NCBI GenBank assembly: GCA_951406725.2
Contig: OX597815.1
Location: 170,376,001 to 170,440,000 of the forward strand
DNA: 64,000 nt
Origin: Octopus vulgaris
Lineage: Eukaryota
Reading direction: 5' to 3'
Below the pieces are notes generated by a model that ran no database searches, was not told where the DNA came from, and saw only the letters and a program-made list of their open reading frames with translations. Position 1 is the first letter of the stretch, and every line of letters starts with the position of its first letter. The position numbers and the translations under genes are program-made. Shown here piece by piece: positions 41,216-56,203 of the stretch.

Positions 41216-41869
41216 TTACTTTTTTCGTTACTTTGTTCTTTACTTTTTTCGTTAAATATCCATCCTATAAAAAGTGTACAGTACACATGATACAGTATGA
41301 TATGTTTCAAGAATTTTAAATGGATTAATAAATATCATACAGACCCTACGCTAGAATTGTATTAATTTGAATCTGCTACATTCAATTTAGTCCTTTAGGC
41401 AGTTTATTTTATATATTACGTAAATATTTAGGCTGTCTTCAGAAAACCTGAAAATCCAGAAATCCAAGCCATTTTCCGGGCTTTTACCGGATATTTGGTC
41501 CGATGCACCGTATAACTGTACTTATCAAGATGCACGATCAACATTATTCTGATTGAAATTCAGCTTGCAACTGTCAAGTACCGAAGTCAATAAATGCTAA
41601 ATTTCACAGTTATTCGGAACAGCAAATCAACGAAAACTAAATGCACACATTAAACCAATTCTCTTAAATAAACCCGGTTAGAGGAGAACTATCATTTTCA
41701 GCAATAAGTACATTAATTCTTGTCAGATAGCTGTTATTTCTCCTCTTAGTACCGTATAACATCCGAAAACACCATTTTATAGAATACGTAATGGAAGTTT
41801 TCTGCCTTGCTTTATCGACTCTGTGATTTTACGCGTGAAATATAAATGACAACTATTTTATTTTTCAAT

Positions 41870-42535
<666 letters not shown>

Positions 42536-42539
42536 ATAA

Positions 42540-43115
42540 CTGTTCAATATTTGGTAGATTGAAGCAAATTTCTACTGCATCACCTGCTACACCTCGAGGT
42601 TGCTGGGGTGTGTGTAGTACTGTGTGATCTTTTCTGCGGTTGGGAGTGTGCGAACTCCTCCCGGTACACTATTGTATTAGTTCGTCTTTCTTGAGGTGGG
42701 GTGCTGCCTTTTGTCGTGTTACTGCTTATAATGTCATGAGTGTGCAATGCCTTGGCTTTCCGGCTTGCTGGTGGGAGTTTATTTCACTGGGTAAATGCGT
42801 ATAGAGTGTGTCTTGTACTTTTGGGTTGTTTTGTCTAGGTTGTACTATTGGATTGATAGTGTCTTGCGTAAAATGTGGGCTGTTCCTAGCAGGGCTATTT
42901 TTTGTACAGTGTGTAGTTTTGAGGATCCAAGTATAGCTTCTATGATTTTTTTTATCATACCCAATGCTCCAATTACTATTGGTATTGTTTTTAACCTTCA
43001 TTCCCCGCATTTTGAATACTTCAATTTCGAGGTCTTTGTACTTCGATATACTCCACTTCTTTTTTAATAATATGTTGATAAGAAGGAAATGCAATGCCTA
43101 TCAGTAATCAGGTGT
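42540..43115 (-). mobile_element. 3' end of an RLE-endonuclease non-LTR retrotransposon (R4/Dong-like)
   Basis: LLIGIAFPSYQHIIKKEVE..SKYKDLEIEVFKMRGMKVK/TIPIVIGALGMIKK...VQKIALLGTAHILRKTLSIQ*, followed by a 3'UTR and a (TGA)n tail. Confidence 0.85.
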
Positions 43116-43533
43116 TATTATTACTATTATTATCAAGTGAGAGAGCAGTGCATGCCATCAAAGTGACAATGTGGTAAAATATACGAAGCCCAATATACCC
43201 ATCATGACTACCCGTCTGATAAGGGTACAACAAGCACATGCATTACAACTATATGTGAGCGACATGGTGATCTCATATCAAGATAAACAGTGCATGACCT
43301 TGTAGGTAGGGCCCGGTTTTCTTCAGGTCGAGTAACCCAGCCCGCTCAAAAGGTTGTTTTTGGATGTTGAACGAAACACCCAAGTTTCCGGCGGTGAATT
43401 ATTCAAACTCCAAATAATTCCTCTCAACACTTAGCTTTGATGTTCCCCCACTATTTCTGCTCGTGATCAGAAATGCACATATCGTCAGCCACCAAGGGGC
43501 ATGCTTAACTGGTTAAGGTTAAACAACTGACAA

Positions 43534-43535
<2 letters not shown>
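43116..43535 (-). mobile_element. Probable LINE 3'UTR-type interspersed repeat with (TAA)n tail
   Basis: GC-richer block ending in a (TTA)n-like tract. Single copy here; recognised from memory only. Confidence 0.4.
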
Positions 43536-43582
<47 letters not shown>

Positions 43583-44009
43583 TATCTATACATATATATA
43601 TATGTGTGTGTGTGTGAGTGTGTGTGTGTAAATAATACGAATGTGTTGAAGTATTCTATAACTGTTTCAGACGTGTGTTTTACTGATGAATACACTGATT
43701 ATATCATGAAAAAATCCGTTTCCTCTGGGTCATCACCCTTTCCCTATATTGATATTTTTACTCTGAAGCAAATTTTTAATCTTTAAGTTGTAACTGACCA
43801 GAAGGAAATTTCGTTTTTTTGTTTTTGTTTTTTGTAATGATATAATTGGTGTATTCACCAATAAAAACATCTCCGAAACAGACATAGTAAACTTCAACCT
43901 ATTTGTGTTCTTTCTTTATGTAAACACCAGAACTGGAACCTTCCTTACGTTGGATCATTACTTCAAAGGGGATCGTCAAAATACTTGCCGCAATGTATGT
44001 TCTTTTTTC

Positions 44010-44345
44010 TTTTATTCTTTTACTTGTTTCAGTTATGCTGGAGCACCGCCTTTAGTCGAACATATCGATTCCTTGACTTATTATTTGTAAGCCTAGTACA
44101 TATATTATCGGTATCTTTTGCCGAGCCGCTAAGTTACGGAGACATGTACACAACAACATCGGTTATCAAGCGATGGGTGTGGTACAAACACACACACACA
44201 TATGACGGGCTTCTTTCAGTTTCTGTCTACCAAGTCCACCTGAGGCTGTAGGAGAAAACACTTGAAGAAAGTGCCACACAGTGGGACAACTCGGAATCAT
44301 ACGGTTGGGAAGCAAGCTTATTACCACACAGCCACGACTGCGCAT
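44010..44345 (-). mobile_element. Family-B SINE, diverged
   Basis: gctggagcaccgcctttagtcga ... gacgggcttctttcagttt ... taccacacagccac. Confidence 0.88.
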
Positions 44346-44567
44346 ATATATTCATATTTTTCATACTCATGTATACTTATATGAATGTGTTTATCGATAT
44401 TTCGATGTGCGTCTATGTGTAGTGTTAGAGCATGTCCATATATACATTGATATATGCATGAGTGTCCGTATACGCTATTCGTGCGGATAAGCTAATCTCG
44501 ACTCTGACTTGGTATCTTAATTATTAAGATACTTTGATATGAACGAAACCTACAAATAATTAGTTGA

Positions 44568-44760
44568 TTATATATATATATGTATATGTATATATATGTA
44601 TATATGTATATATATATGTATATGTATATATATGTATATATATGTATATATATATATGTATATGTATATATATGTATATATATGTATATATATGTATATG
44701 TATATATATGTATATATATGTATGTATATATATATGTGTGTATATATATGTGTGTATATA

Positions 44761-44815
<55 letters not shown>

Positions 44816-44870
44816 ATATATGTATATATGTATATATATATGTATATATATGTATATGTATATATATATG

Positions 44871-44937
<67 letters not shown>

Positions 44938-45108
44938 GTATATATATACATATATATGTATGTATGTATATATATATATATATGTATGTATATATATATA
45001 TGTATTATATATATGTATGTGTATATATATGTATGCATATATATATATATATATGTATATATAATATATATATATGTATGCATGTATATATGTATATATA
45101 TATGTATG

Positions 45109-45176
<68 letters not shown>

Positions 45177-45180
45177 CGTA
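44568..45180. repeat. Compound (TA)n/(TATG)n microsatellite
   Basis: Directly visible. Confidence 0.97.
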
Positions 45181-46479
45181 CACATGCATAAATATGAATT
45201 TCTCATATGAATTTCTGTCTGTTCGCAACTTCACTTTCTTTCGCACTATCTCAATCTATTTCTCTTTACCTCTCTCTTTTAAAGTTTCGCATCTTCTCAT
45301 ATTTTCTTGCTTGCCGTTCTTTGATTCTCATTGTATCTATCCTCCTTTTTCTATATGGCTTTATTTCACACTCTAGCCACTTGCCACAATTCTTCTTCCT
45401 ATCACACAAACAGTTATATGTTAACTACTCATTAGTTTAACTGCAACCACATGGAAGCATTATACATATATAATTACCTTTCTAGTTTTGTATCAACAGC
45501 TACCAGCTACAGAGGAAGAAAGCAATTGCATGTGAAGACTTACAGCTTTATCACTCTCGATTGATGAGAAGATCAATCACTTTACTCTTTGCAACGAAAC
45601 CATCTAAATGTAAAATGTAGGTAATGTACCTTGGAAAATTCAATGAAAAGTATTTAATAAATCAAATTACTAACCTCATGTCCAAGTCATTCGCCGTGGT
45701 AATTGTTTGCTTAGAATCTTGTCACGCTTTTTTAATGACAATATCAATAACTGTACTGTTTGAAAAGAAGTCATACAGTATATATGCACCATCTAAATGT
45801 AGTTTTATTCTATTCCTTGCAATACAATACAAGAATATTTTATATACATGACAAATGAAGGAATATAAAGCAGTCATGTTGACATGGGTGCCATTAGTAA
45901 ATGACCTAATGTAGTAATTCAGGTTCATCGTAAAAGTGGTAACGAAATTATTGTTCCACCTTTCACCATGAGCGATCGAGTGTTTCCGGAAAGGAAGATA
46001 TCTGTAGTATGTATTGTTCAAACTGTAAACGGCCGGTATATGATGTTCTTTTTCCCATACACACTCATGAAAATGAGAGAAATGTAAGTGGAAAAGAAAT
46101 ATTGCAAGACAGTGACAAAAAAGGAAGAGAATGGCACTTTGAAAAATGACAGAGCATAACAATACGAAAATATCAGAAGAAAAGGAAAAATGATAGAATA
46201 ACAACTGTGAAATGAAAAACAAAATGATGAAGTATGAAAGGAAAAAGGAAAAACAAGGAAGTGATAAGGGTGGGAGAATATGATGCAGAGAAAGGAGGAA
46301 AATTAAAGAAATAAAAGCTCAAAAATTGGAAGAAGACAAGGAAATAAGATTGCAGAAAAGGAGAAAGATGGAAAAAAAGAGAGCAAAAAGCAAAACAAAA
46401 ATATGATTAAATGAGACAGTGTGTTGCAGAGAAAATTTTAAAAAAAATTATGAACGAATGCAATGGAAGAGTACTACAT

Positions 46480-47170
46480 TCAGTTGTGATCGTAAACATC
46501 TGAAAAAAAAACTGCATCCTATGACTCTGCATGCAAAATATGTAGCAAGTGTACTGCTCATTATAATAGAAATGTGTATTTGTTACTACTGGAGCTACCA
46601 GAAAATATGGTGGATCTTCTTTTGAACACCACTTCAGAATCAAAACATTTTCCAAGATTATGCTTTTCAAATGATATGGTCGGGTGCAAAATGTATCAGG
46701 GAAAGTGCATTTATGCTCGGTTTTAAAGTGAAAAGGAAAGATCTTACCAATGAAATAGTTTTCTCCATTGGTTACAAAAATGAAGTGGCGCACTTTTTAC
46801 AGATATATTTTCTAGATGACATTAAAAAAAGGAGCCAAATTATTCTGTAAAACCTTTTGAAGCGCAAATGTAGAACTCATTTTAAATCTGAAATAATTAC
46901 TACATGAAGACCAGTATCATACCAAAAGAGTTTGGAATGGATTAGAATGTTCTTCCATTCTAGATTTACATGTTATCACTCATACCAACAAAAGACAGTT
47001 TGAAGAGCACCGGCTGATTTAATGATCTCTAATTCATAGATAATCAGGGAAAGTACATGATGATTAAATCTCAATTAAATATAACATTTGATCACTTGTT
47101 TTCTTTATTCAAAATTCGGACAGAACTTATGGGATGACCTGATATATGAGCAATAAACTAATTGATATCA
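46480..47170 (+). mobile_element. Decayed Helitron RepHel N-terminal coding fragment
   Basis: ELPENMVDLLLNTTSESKHF...YAFQMIWSGAKCIRESAFMLGFKVK...AHFLQIYFLDD matches the Helitron pattern P..L..LL....SKHF...YN.AFQMTSFGA...FMP.FK+QG...KFLQIYF. Confidence 0.78.
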
Positions 47171-47712
47171 TTTCTGCAGATTGCAAATAGGTATATCCAT
47201 AAATTCGCTTCTAGATCTCGCAGCGTCTGATAAATATTGTTAAATTCTTAAGTCCTTAAAAAACTCGAAGGCTACCACCTCAATTATTTCTGTTTTCATG
47301 AAACTGGCATGTATAATAGCCATCGCTTAGTGACTAAAACATAAACATCTCATATACTGAATAGTTATTCCAAAGCGCTCATAGCCCAGATATCTTATTT
47401 ACCATCTGGCTCACGAATACATTTCGTAATTAAAGGGATACGTTTTCTAGTAAACATTGATATGTTCATAATTAAATTGCAGTGACAATCTTAGTGGTTG
47501 GGTTATAAATAGAAGAGCGTGGCTTCGCCTCGTGGGCATTAAATTGCGTGTGCAGGAACTGAAAATCCTCTTCAACTATTCATTTCTGCTTTTTCAGGTA
47601 AACTGTAAAATTCTGTTTATAAGAATGTTGCAGATTTACATAAGACAAACAAGTAACTGGAATAAATAAAGCAATAAGTAGGTGACTTAGAAAGTCACAC
47701 ACTATACATACA

Positions 47713-47748
<36 letters not shown>

Positions 47749-47754
47749 TGTATA

Positions 47755-47810
<56 letters not shown>

Positions 47811-47832
47811 TATATATATATATAAAGTAATT

Positions 47833-48363
47833 TATTTTTTGATATGCTGGCCATTGATAACATTTTTTTCCCGAAAAAAAATTTATCCTACATTAGTTAT
47901 AAATTTATTAGTGTTCACGTCCGGATTCTCTCACTCTGTGAAAGTTTCTAGTTCGAATCACACGTGTCTCGAAATGTGCCGAAGATTTTCTATTTTGGAT
48001 ATATTTGGGGTACTTAAGTCTGCCCAGAACTTAGTGCTTGCTTTTTCCATGGGTATGAGTAAGTATTTCACTTATATCTTATGTATTTATCGCTGAAGAG
48101 GGGAAAATTCTTATGAATTAACCCCGAAATTGGGACCAATACAGTAATAACGGATTTTTTAGAAATTTCTATCGGTTTGTTTCGAGACACATAAATTATA
48201 ATGGTAATTGACAATTTTATCTTTTTTCGGCATATTTGGCATTAGAACTTTTCTTTTGCCCTTATTTTGTAAATTATTTTATAAATTTAACCTTTAAAGG
48301 TATTTTTTGATATGCTGGCTATTGATAAAAAAATTTTCCCGAAAAAAATGTTATCCTACATTA
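47833..48363 (+). mobile_element. PLE-type terminal unit bounded by ~63-bp direct repeats, with a hammerhead motif at 48084-48149
   Basis: tattttttgatatgctgg...ttatcctacatta at 47833-47895 and 48301-48363. Core CTGAAGA-GGGG...CCCC-GAAA-TTGG-GA-CCAA-TA. Confidence 0.75.
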
Positions 48364-48375
48364 TTTATATATATG

Positions 48376-48455
<80 letters not shown>

Positions 48456-48459
48456 GTAT

Positions 48460-49300
48460 GTCTAATTTATCAATGTGTGCAAAATCTGATTTTGCAGCGT
48501 AAGGGAAATAACCGTTCTTTATATAACTTTATATGTAATAAAAATAAGACTAGGACTTTTAAAGATAAATACCCTAATGACAGAGTGTATCCTGGTAAAA
48601 CAGTTTGGCTGATCATTCCATATGATAATAAGATCAAATCCAGCCTCACTTACCACTTTCGTGAAGCTATAGATAAGAACTTTCAAAAAAATCTCAGATA
48701 CCATTCCATTATCCATTCACACCGTATTAGGATAGGATTTTCAAACACCAAAGGCCTTTCACAAATCATTTCTACGCATAACAATAAGTTGTTAAATATA
48801 AATCCATTTATGAAAATAAATAACAGTGATATTGTTAACGCTAACTATTCTTTGAACACTAATAAAACAATATTAATATTTCTGATATAAATTCGAATCG
48901 TAATCGTTTCCTTAGTAGTAGTCCTAAGACTAGAAACTCTTTAAATCAATGTAAAATTACTTCCAGTTCTGATTTCTTTTATTAGATTGGTAGCTCATCG
49001 TCTCAGTTGTCGAATAGAATATCTAAACATTACTCTACATTTAGACATATCAATAGATGCAACAACACTGGACTTAGTAAATTAATTTGGTCTATAAAGG
49101 AATATAAAAAAAAATTAGATTTGGGATGAAAATTTCTATCTAGATCCTTTCCATATGACAAAGGTAAATCTTTTTTTCCGCTCTGTAACGATGAGCAATT
49201 TCTCATTCTTTTCTCAGAGAATACACTTGTAAACACGTTTAAAGAACGTGTTTATCGTTGTAAACATTGGCAAATACATACCTTTAGTTCCTATTAGTAA
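48460..49300 (+). mobile_element. Penelope-like element ORF relic (linker to GIY-YIG end)
   Basis: VWLIIPYDNKIKSSLTYHFREAIDKNFQKNLRYHSIIHSHRIRIGFSNTKGLSQIISTHNNKLL (WxxPPY...DKHF...K+SYS...II..HN pattern), then KFLSRSFPYDKGKSFFPLCNDEQFLIL...RCKH. Confidence 0.8.
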
Positions 49301-50224
49301 TTTCTACCAATCTATAAAATTCGACCTTTAACAGTCTTCTTACATTTCATTTCCTCTATATAGATATCTATTTCCACGCTTTTAAACTTTTAAACACGAG
49401 ATTTTTCATTCTCCCTCTTCCTCAATTTCCGCTTACAAGACGTTGGTTGATACGTGACTATAATAGAAGACATTTGTTTAAGCTGCCCAGTAATAGTATC
49501 GAACACGAGACTCTGTAGTTGCGAAATGAATTTCTCAGCCACACAGGCATAAACGTGCTCTATTAAATTACTTTCAGAATGTTCGTTTACATTATGTAAG
49601 AGGATATTGTTCAGCGGTGAGACACGTAAAGATAATAGTTCTAACCCAGAGTAATCGTTATATATAACGTAAAAGATACAAACATCAGACAATATTATTT
49701 ATTCAGAAATCCAATTTATTGAAGAACCGCAATAGTTATAATCGCTATTTGTTCAGGCTTATAAGTTTAGCTTTACTACTACTGATGTTAATAATATTGG
49801 CAATACTTGTCAACATTGTACTGATATTGCTTAATCAACCGCCGTCAGCCTTGACATCTAGGTGATTGTCTGTTTTAATATCTTACATATAACTGCGTAA
49901 CATCAACACTCTGTGCAATTATTCTGGTGATATGACTTAACGCTAATATTTCCCTCACATTTTTGTGAAAATTGAGACAAGGTATGATTTTTGGGGCTGA
50001 AACAATATTAATAAATTACGATCTGGATGTTAATGTTGTCATTATTTTGTATGAGGTCTGTTATTGAAAGCAAATACTTTTTGTACCCAGTCTCTTTTGA
50101 GACTAAATTTGATTTCTAGTCATATTTGTTCATTTATTCTTGAACCATCAAATTTGGAAGCAATGACAGCTACAATAGTGTAGCCTTAATTTCTTTGTTA
50201 TGATATATATAAATAATGAAAGCG

Positions 50225-50360
50225 TAACAGCTCCCCAGGAGCATAGTTTCGGGATCAGTTCCACCACATGGTACCTTCAGAAATTGTCTTCTTGCAACTT
50301 CCGGGCGAACTAAAACAATTTGTGTGCATCTGGTAGAAAACAGCCTACGAAGGCCCTCAT
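50225..50360 (+). mobile_element. Family-B SINE head remnant
   Basis: catagtttcgggatcagttccaccacatggtaccttcagaaattgtcttct...tctggtaga. Confidence 0.6.
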
Positions 50361-50514
50361 ATGTATGAATATAAATATAGATAAAAATATAAAATATATA
50401 TATATATATATACACACACAAATATATATGTATGTATATATGTATGTATATATGTATATATGTATGTATATGTATATATGTATATGTATATATGTATATA
50501 TGTATGTATATGTA

Positions 50515-50575
<61 letters not shown>

Positions 50576-51199
50576 ATATGCTTATTTTATTTGTACCATG
50601 TTGAGAACAATAAAATATAGCAAATAAGTGAACACAAATAAAATTTAGATGGACATATAAAATAAGCATTAAAAGGACTACACATGTTTCAGTTTAGGTG
50701 CTAGGTAAACAGTACTTCGGATCTGCAGGATTGGAACCATGTTAAAAGTTGTAGATTTTAAATATAACCTATTTGGACTAAATTAGCATATATAAATATA
50801 GAAAGTAATCATTCTAAAACACAAATTATTTAGTTAAAGATATTCAGCGTAGAATTAATTCCCTTTCATCTAGTCAAGAGATTTTTAATATAAATATGGA
50901 TTATTATAATCCAGCATTAGCTAAGGCAGGATACAAACAGTGAATTAAATTTGACACATATAAAGATAGCTCACAGACTGACAACCAGGTAAATGGAAAT
51001 ATGATTAAGATTAATACAAATAAACCAGAAATTAGCATTAACAAACATTAAAAAATATAAATAAATATAATTGCCATAGTAATAGTAATAACAAGTATGA
51101 ATTACAATAAACAGAAATGGACTAAACAATAACAAAGAATAAAATATCCTTAAAACGTAAAAAAATTCATTCCATATATAAATCATTCAAATAGGAACA

Positions 51200-51450
51200 A
51201 AGGGAAATGCCTGAACAACAATGATAATAACAAAATCTGGCTTATTTTACCTTATGGCAAACTGATCAAGACTAATCGTATCCGTGTAATTCGTTCAACC
51301 ATTGATAAGCATTTTACTTCTAATAAATATAGTACTATGATTAATAATAAAATAATAAGGGTTGGGTTTTCTTTAACTGAAAACCTATTTAGACATATCA
51401 GCAGTGATTATTTTAGATTAAAATATCTTTAGATTAATATTATTAAAGAT
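51200..51450 (+). mobile_element. Penelope-like ORF fragment, related to 48460-49300
   Basis: KIWLILPYGKLIKTNRIRVIRSTIDKHFTSNKYSTMINNKIIRVGFSLTENL. Confidence 0.7.
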
Positions 51451-51542
51451 GCATAAGGATATTTTATGACCGTTGTAGTTGTTTTGTTTATTTAATTCAT
51501 TTTATCCATTTGAATTTTGGTTTGTTTTTATTATAGTTATTA

Positions 51543-51941
51543 CTAGCAGTATCGCCCGGCGTTGCTCAGGTTTGTAAGGGAAATAACTATATAGGCATTT
51601 TTAGAGATGTAAAGTATAATAGCCATCTCAATATGGCTAACCACAAAGGGGGGGGGGTAGTACTGTAGCTTTTTACGTTCTGAGATTTAATAATACATTT
51701 TTAGAGAGTTACTTCCCTTATATATGCCAAAAATGCATTAAAAATATGAAAAATTGATGGTAAATTTTTTTCAAAATCGTAGACTCATCGTAGACGCGCA
51801 CTAATACCCAGAAGGGCTCGATATGAATCACGACTATAAGATACCCGGTTTTGGTTAAACTGCACCGCAAAATGTGGGAGTAGTTAGGAATCTAAATCGT
51901 AGGAGACAGACAGCACACAACATCTCTTTTATATATAAAGA
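51543..51941 (-). mobile_element. Non-autonomous Helitron, same family as 35518-36049
   Basis: ctagcagtatcgcccggcgttgctcaggtttgtaagggaaataactat and ttggttaaactgcaccgcaaaatgtgggagtagttaggaatctaaatcg are reverse complements of both ends of the 35518 copy; the internal part differs. Confidence 0.9.
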
Positions 51942-52239
51942 TATTTTAAAATTATTAATGCTCACAATTGTAAACATCGGTATATAATAAATCAATCTAT
52001 TTTGGGATTTAGCAATCCTTGCATAACATTTTTGTCTATTTTTTAGACAAATATTACCCTGGCGAGATTCATGTGCATAAATATGAATTTTTTTATAAAT
52101 TAATTAGTAGATATGAATCGACGTAAATTGTAGGATATATATTTGTTGTACTTATTCGTTATATATTATATTTTTATGGTATAATTATACTATATTATAA
52201 TGTTAATATATTTATATGCCAATTGTATTTCTCAATTTT

Positions 52240-52284
<45 letters not shown>

Positions 52285-52387
52285 GCATACATACATACAT
52301 ACATACATACATACATACATACATACATACATACATACATACATACATACATACATACATACATACATGTATACATACATATAAATA

Positions 52388-52470
52388 TATAGACTCGGTG
52401 AAACAAATGAGTTACTGGGTGAGACTACAAGAACTGAAGCTCTGTTCCTTGGAGAGAAGGCAAGAAATGC
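52388..52470 (+). mobile_element. CR1-type LINE ORF2 C-terminal fragment
   Basis: IDSVKQMSYWVRLQELKLCSLERRQE fits the SY.ERL..L.L.SLE.RR signature. Confidence 0.7.
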
Positions 52471-53379
52471 CAGATGATCCCACATCACATCAGGAGGCGT
52501 AAAGAACAGCTTCGTCCAGCTTGCTTCTTCACCAAAAACAATACCGAAAGGAGACCCCAAAACACTGAAAGGCGGTGCTCCAGTCTGGCCCTAACCTCTG
52601 GCTGAAACCAGTATAAGAATAAAAGAATATATATACCTCATATATATACGCACACACGCTCACCAATGCACACTCCCAAAACTCACAACCCCACGGATAC
52701 ACGCATATACATCCATATACGCTTACACACATACAAACGCACACGTACACGCACACACAACTATACGCACATACGACACGCACGCACATACACACACACA
52801 AATGAACCCACACATACATCCCATACACACGGCACACAATTATACATACACGCACACAATTATACATACATATATACACACATATGCACGTACAAGCACA
52901 CACGCACACATACACTAAGTAAAGCACAGTTATTCGCCACACCCCCAAACTCTACGCATACACACACGAACACACACATACATACACACACACACTACAA
53001 ACAAAACACACACGATACATATACATACTCGCACACGTACACATACTTCAAAGTAACAGCACTGACCTGTGGCAGGGACAAAAACACCACTCCTTATTCT
53101 TACAAACTAGCCAGCCTTACTACTAGCCCTTTGTTTACAGCTACAACCACACACACATGCACACACAGACGCACACACACATACACACACACACACACGT
53201 GTCATCATTGAACACATACACATACACACGCACACGCAGAAAATCCGCGCACGCACATATCCACACTTACACACACATTCCCCCGCCTACCATTCTGCTG
53301 TCTTTGACTATACTACTCTTCTGTCTTTGAAAACATCTTTCTTCACCCTATTCCTTCCGGTATTTCAAAATGTGACCTC

Positions 53380-53553
53380 GTGTGTACCGTTGGCGATTTT
53401 TTTCCCTCTGTCTTCCCTTCTCTGGAACTTTCCTTCTCCTATATTTCCGACGAAGAGCTCCGCTCGAAACGTTAAATCCTCCTTCTTTCCTTCTTTCCTG
53501 AGCGTCCAATAATACTATATTTGTTCCACGTCCTCGCGTTCTTGTTTGGATTA

Positions 53554-53555
<2 letters not shown>
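53380..53555 (+). mobile_element. PLE-type terminal repeat with hammerhead variant (CCGACGA...GAAAC)
   Basis: Homologue of 28140-28293 and 57545-57740. Confidence 0.8.
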
Positions 53556-53593
<38 letters not shown>

Positions 53594-54120
53594 TATGAGG
53601 AGATTCGTTATAATATGTACACACATACATTTATCCATTCATACATACATAGTTTGGTACATATATGCATACATACATACACACATACATACATACATAC
53701 ATATATACATACATCCATCCATACATACATACATACACACATACATGCGTTTGTTGTTGCTGTAGTTTTAATCTGGCACCAGTTATCCATATCGAGCAAT
53801 GAAAATTGATCCGGGATGTTTAACTTACTCGCAAAGGTTAAGATATAAAGATACCAAATTGGAAACCAACCTTCAAATTTGATATTAATATAATACAAGA
53901 TGTAAATTAACAGATAATCAATTATTGCAAACGGTTTTATAATTACGAAAGTGATAGATTTACAAAATGAAAAATTCAATATTTATTACAATGGTTTACA
54001 ATAATTAGTACTTTTAAATTTATACGGCCTGAGTAAGAGACAAGTAATACAAACAGAAATATAAGTTGGCACACATGTGCACACAGGCATATAAACACAG
54101 GCATATAAACACAGGCATAT

Positions 54121-54195
<75 letters not shown>

Positions 54196-54239
54196 TAGAT
54201 AGATAGATATAGATATATATATATATACATATATATATG

Positions 54240-54440
54240 TGACTAGATTGGCCTTCATACTGGCATATACGAATAAAGATCCCTCTGTGATTCATCCACT
54301 AATGCAGTATCGCGTGAAGAAATCTGTGAATGATGATAAACCTGATGCCCATGGATACTATAGACTAAGCATCCCAAGGATTTGTGGAAACGCGCGTACC
54401 GATACATGAATATTTATAAATTCCATCAAAGAAATATTGT
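54240..54440 (+). mobile_element. PLE-type terminal repeat with degenerate hammerhead (54308-54404)
   Basis: GTATCG-C-GTGAAGA-AATC...GATTT-GTG-GAAAC-GCGC-GTA-C-CGATAC, with stem I GTATCG/CGATAC and palindromic loop GCGC. Confidence 0.6.
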
Positions 54441-54491
54441 TATTATACATACATATATATATATATATCTATATATATATATACATACACA

Positions 54492-54566
<75 letters not shown>

Positions 54567-54587
54567 GTGTGTATATATATATATATT

Positions 54588-54810
54588 GGTAAAAACGGTA
54601 AGATAACAAAAGAAAGAAAGAGACCTCAATATTATGTAAATAGAGGAAATATAAGTAGCAGAATTATAACACAGTAATTTCCCTTTATATAACGGTATTT
54701 TTTCATAGCGTTTTTTCAGATGGCCAGATAACCGAAGAGATGGTGTTGTGGATTTCCACTTCGGCATCTGAAACTCAGAGTTTTATCTTGACTATTGAGT
54801 AATTGTAACA
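54588..54810 (+). mobile_element. PLE-type terminal repeat, homologue of 18885-19072, hammerhead core mutated to CCGAAGA
   Basis: gataa-ccgaaga-gatg...catc-t-gaaac-tcaga-gtt-ttatc at 54727-54787. Confidence 0.75.
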
Positions 54811-54911
54811 TATTATTTTATATATATATACATATTTATGGGAATGTTATTTTGGTTACAGTATTATATATTTCTTTAGAACATAATAAATTTGTAACAG
54901 TTAAGACTTAC

Positions 54912-55070
54912 CCAAGTTGAATTGCATTCGTTGTTGGTGAAAGGTAACTGCCGGATGACTGTCTTCTCTCCTCTGATACACTACGTAGCATATGCCATGA
55001 AGTGCTGTCTATCGACGCTCTCCCTTGCATTGCTCTGCGTCTACATTCCGCCTGTCTTTCACGATTAATC
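54912..55070 (-). other. Candidate 159-nt exon of a spliced minus-strand transcript
   Basis: Branch-site-like CCCTAAC, acceptor ttaatctgttacag|, donor GG|GTAAGT. One frame is open: INRERQAECRRRAMQGRASIDSTSWHMLRSVSEERRQSSGSYLSPTTNAIQLG. Confidence 0.55.
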
Positions 55071-55203
55071 CTGTAACAGATTAACAATTGTTAGGGCAAA
55101 TATGAAATACGATTACACATTTGTTATCTCCGTTTATTTTAATATAATAACTCTTAGACAAATTTAGGGTTCATTTATTCAAATACAATCCTGTAATGTT
55201 TAC

Positions 55204-55388
55204 CTTTTAAACTGTCAATATAGAACAATAAACTTATATATTTCAGGGCTGGCGGGCAAAACATGATTAATACAAAGTATCGGTATTCTCTTTCTGTTTG
55301 TGTATACGTGTATGCATATCTGCGCTTCGGGTACTCTGTCCTGCTTTGAAGAAATTATATAATGTGACCAGGTTGTAATGATAATCTC
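55204..55388 (-). other. Candidate 185-nt exon (non-coding; stops in all frames)
   Basis: Acceptor aaatatacag|gagatt and donor AAG|GTAAAC define a 133-nt intron to the 55070 acceptor. Confidence 0.4.
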
Positions 55389-55984
55389 CTGTATATTTAA
55401 CAATGATGAAAACTAAAACTATGAAATGAATGTATGTGTTAAAATAACTTTTCTCTAGAAATAACTATTTGATATGACATGTCAATGTGTATGGCCGCTC
55501 CTTTCGCCACTATTCTCTTTGAATTCTTTGTAAATATACGTTTGTTGCTTACAGCGTAAACAAGTCAGTTCTTGAAATTTAATTGTTTTTCCCAGAGTTT
55601 CTTTTTTAATTTTCATTACTTGATTCTTACCGACAACCTCTACCTATCCTACTCCACTCCATACTTTAACTTTCATTGATTTTAGCATTGTTGCTAACAT
55701 CTCAATCTACCGATTCGATTCTCCTTCACGTGGTCATTATATGTACTAATTGAAATGACTTTGTTTTTAATAGCTCCGTATTCTCAATATTCTTACCAAT
55801 ATTCTCAATATTCTTTGGTACTTTTGTTTTGTGAGGATATCAATTTATCTTAACTTTTTTTCATTTTTCACAGCATCCACAGAAACGTTTGCTACCTATA
55901 TCCTCCACAACCATCTTTTCTGTCTTCTAATTCAACTAAACTTGCTATTTCTACAAACTTTAATCTCTCTCTCTCTCTCCCTAC

Positions 55985-56148
55985 ACAGTGGCTGTGTAGT
56001 AAGTAGCTTGCTTACCAACCACATGGTTCCGGGTTCAGTCCCACTGCGTAGAACCTTTGGGCAATTGTCTTCTACTATAGCCTCGGGCCAACCAGAGCCT
56101 TGTAAGTAGATTTGGTAGACAGAAACTGGAAGAAGTCCGTGGTATATA

Positions 56149-56203
<55 letters not shown>

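Noticed and set aside
45722-46222. 166-aa hydrophobic minus-strand ORF
   Set aside because: The N-terminal half is the antisense of a purine-rich low-complexity tract; no family signature.
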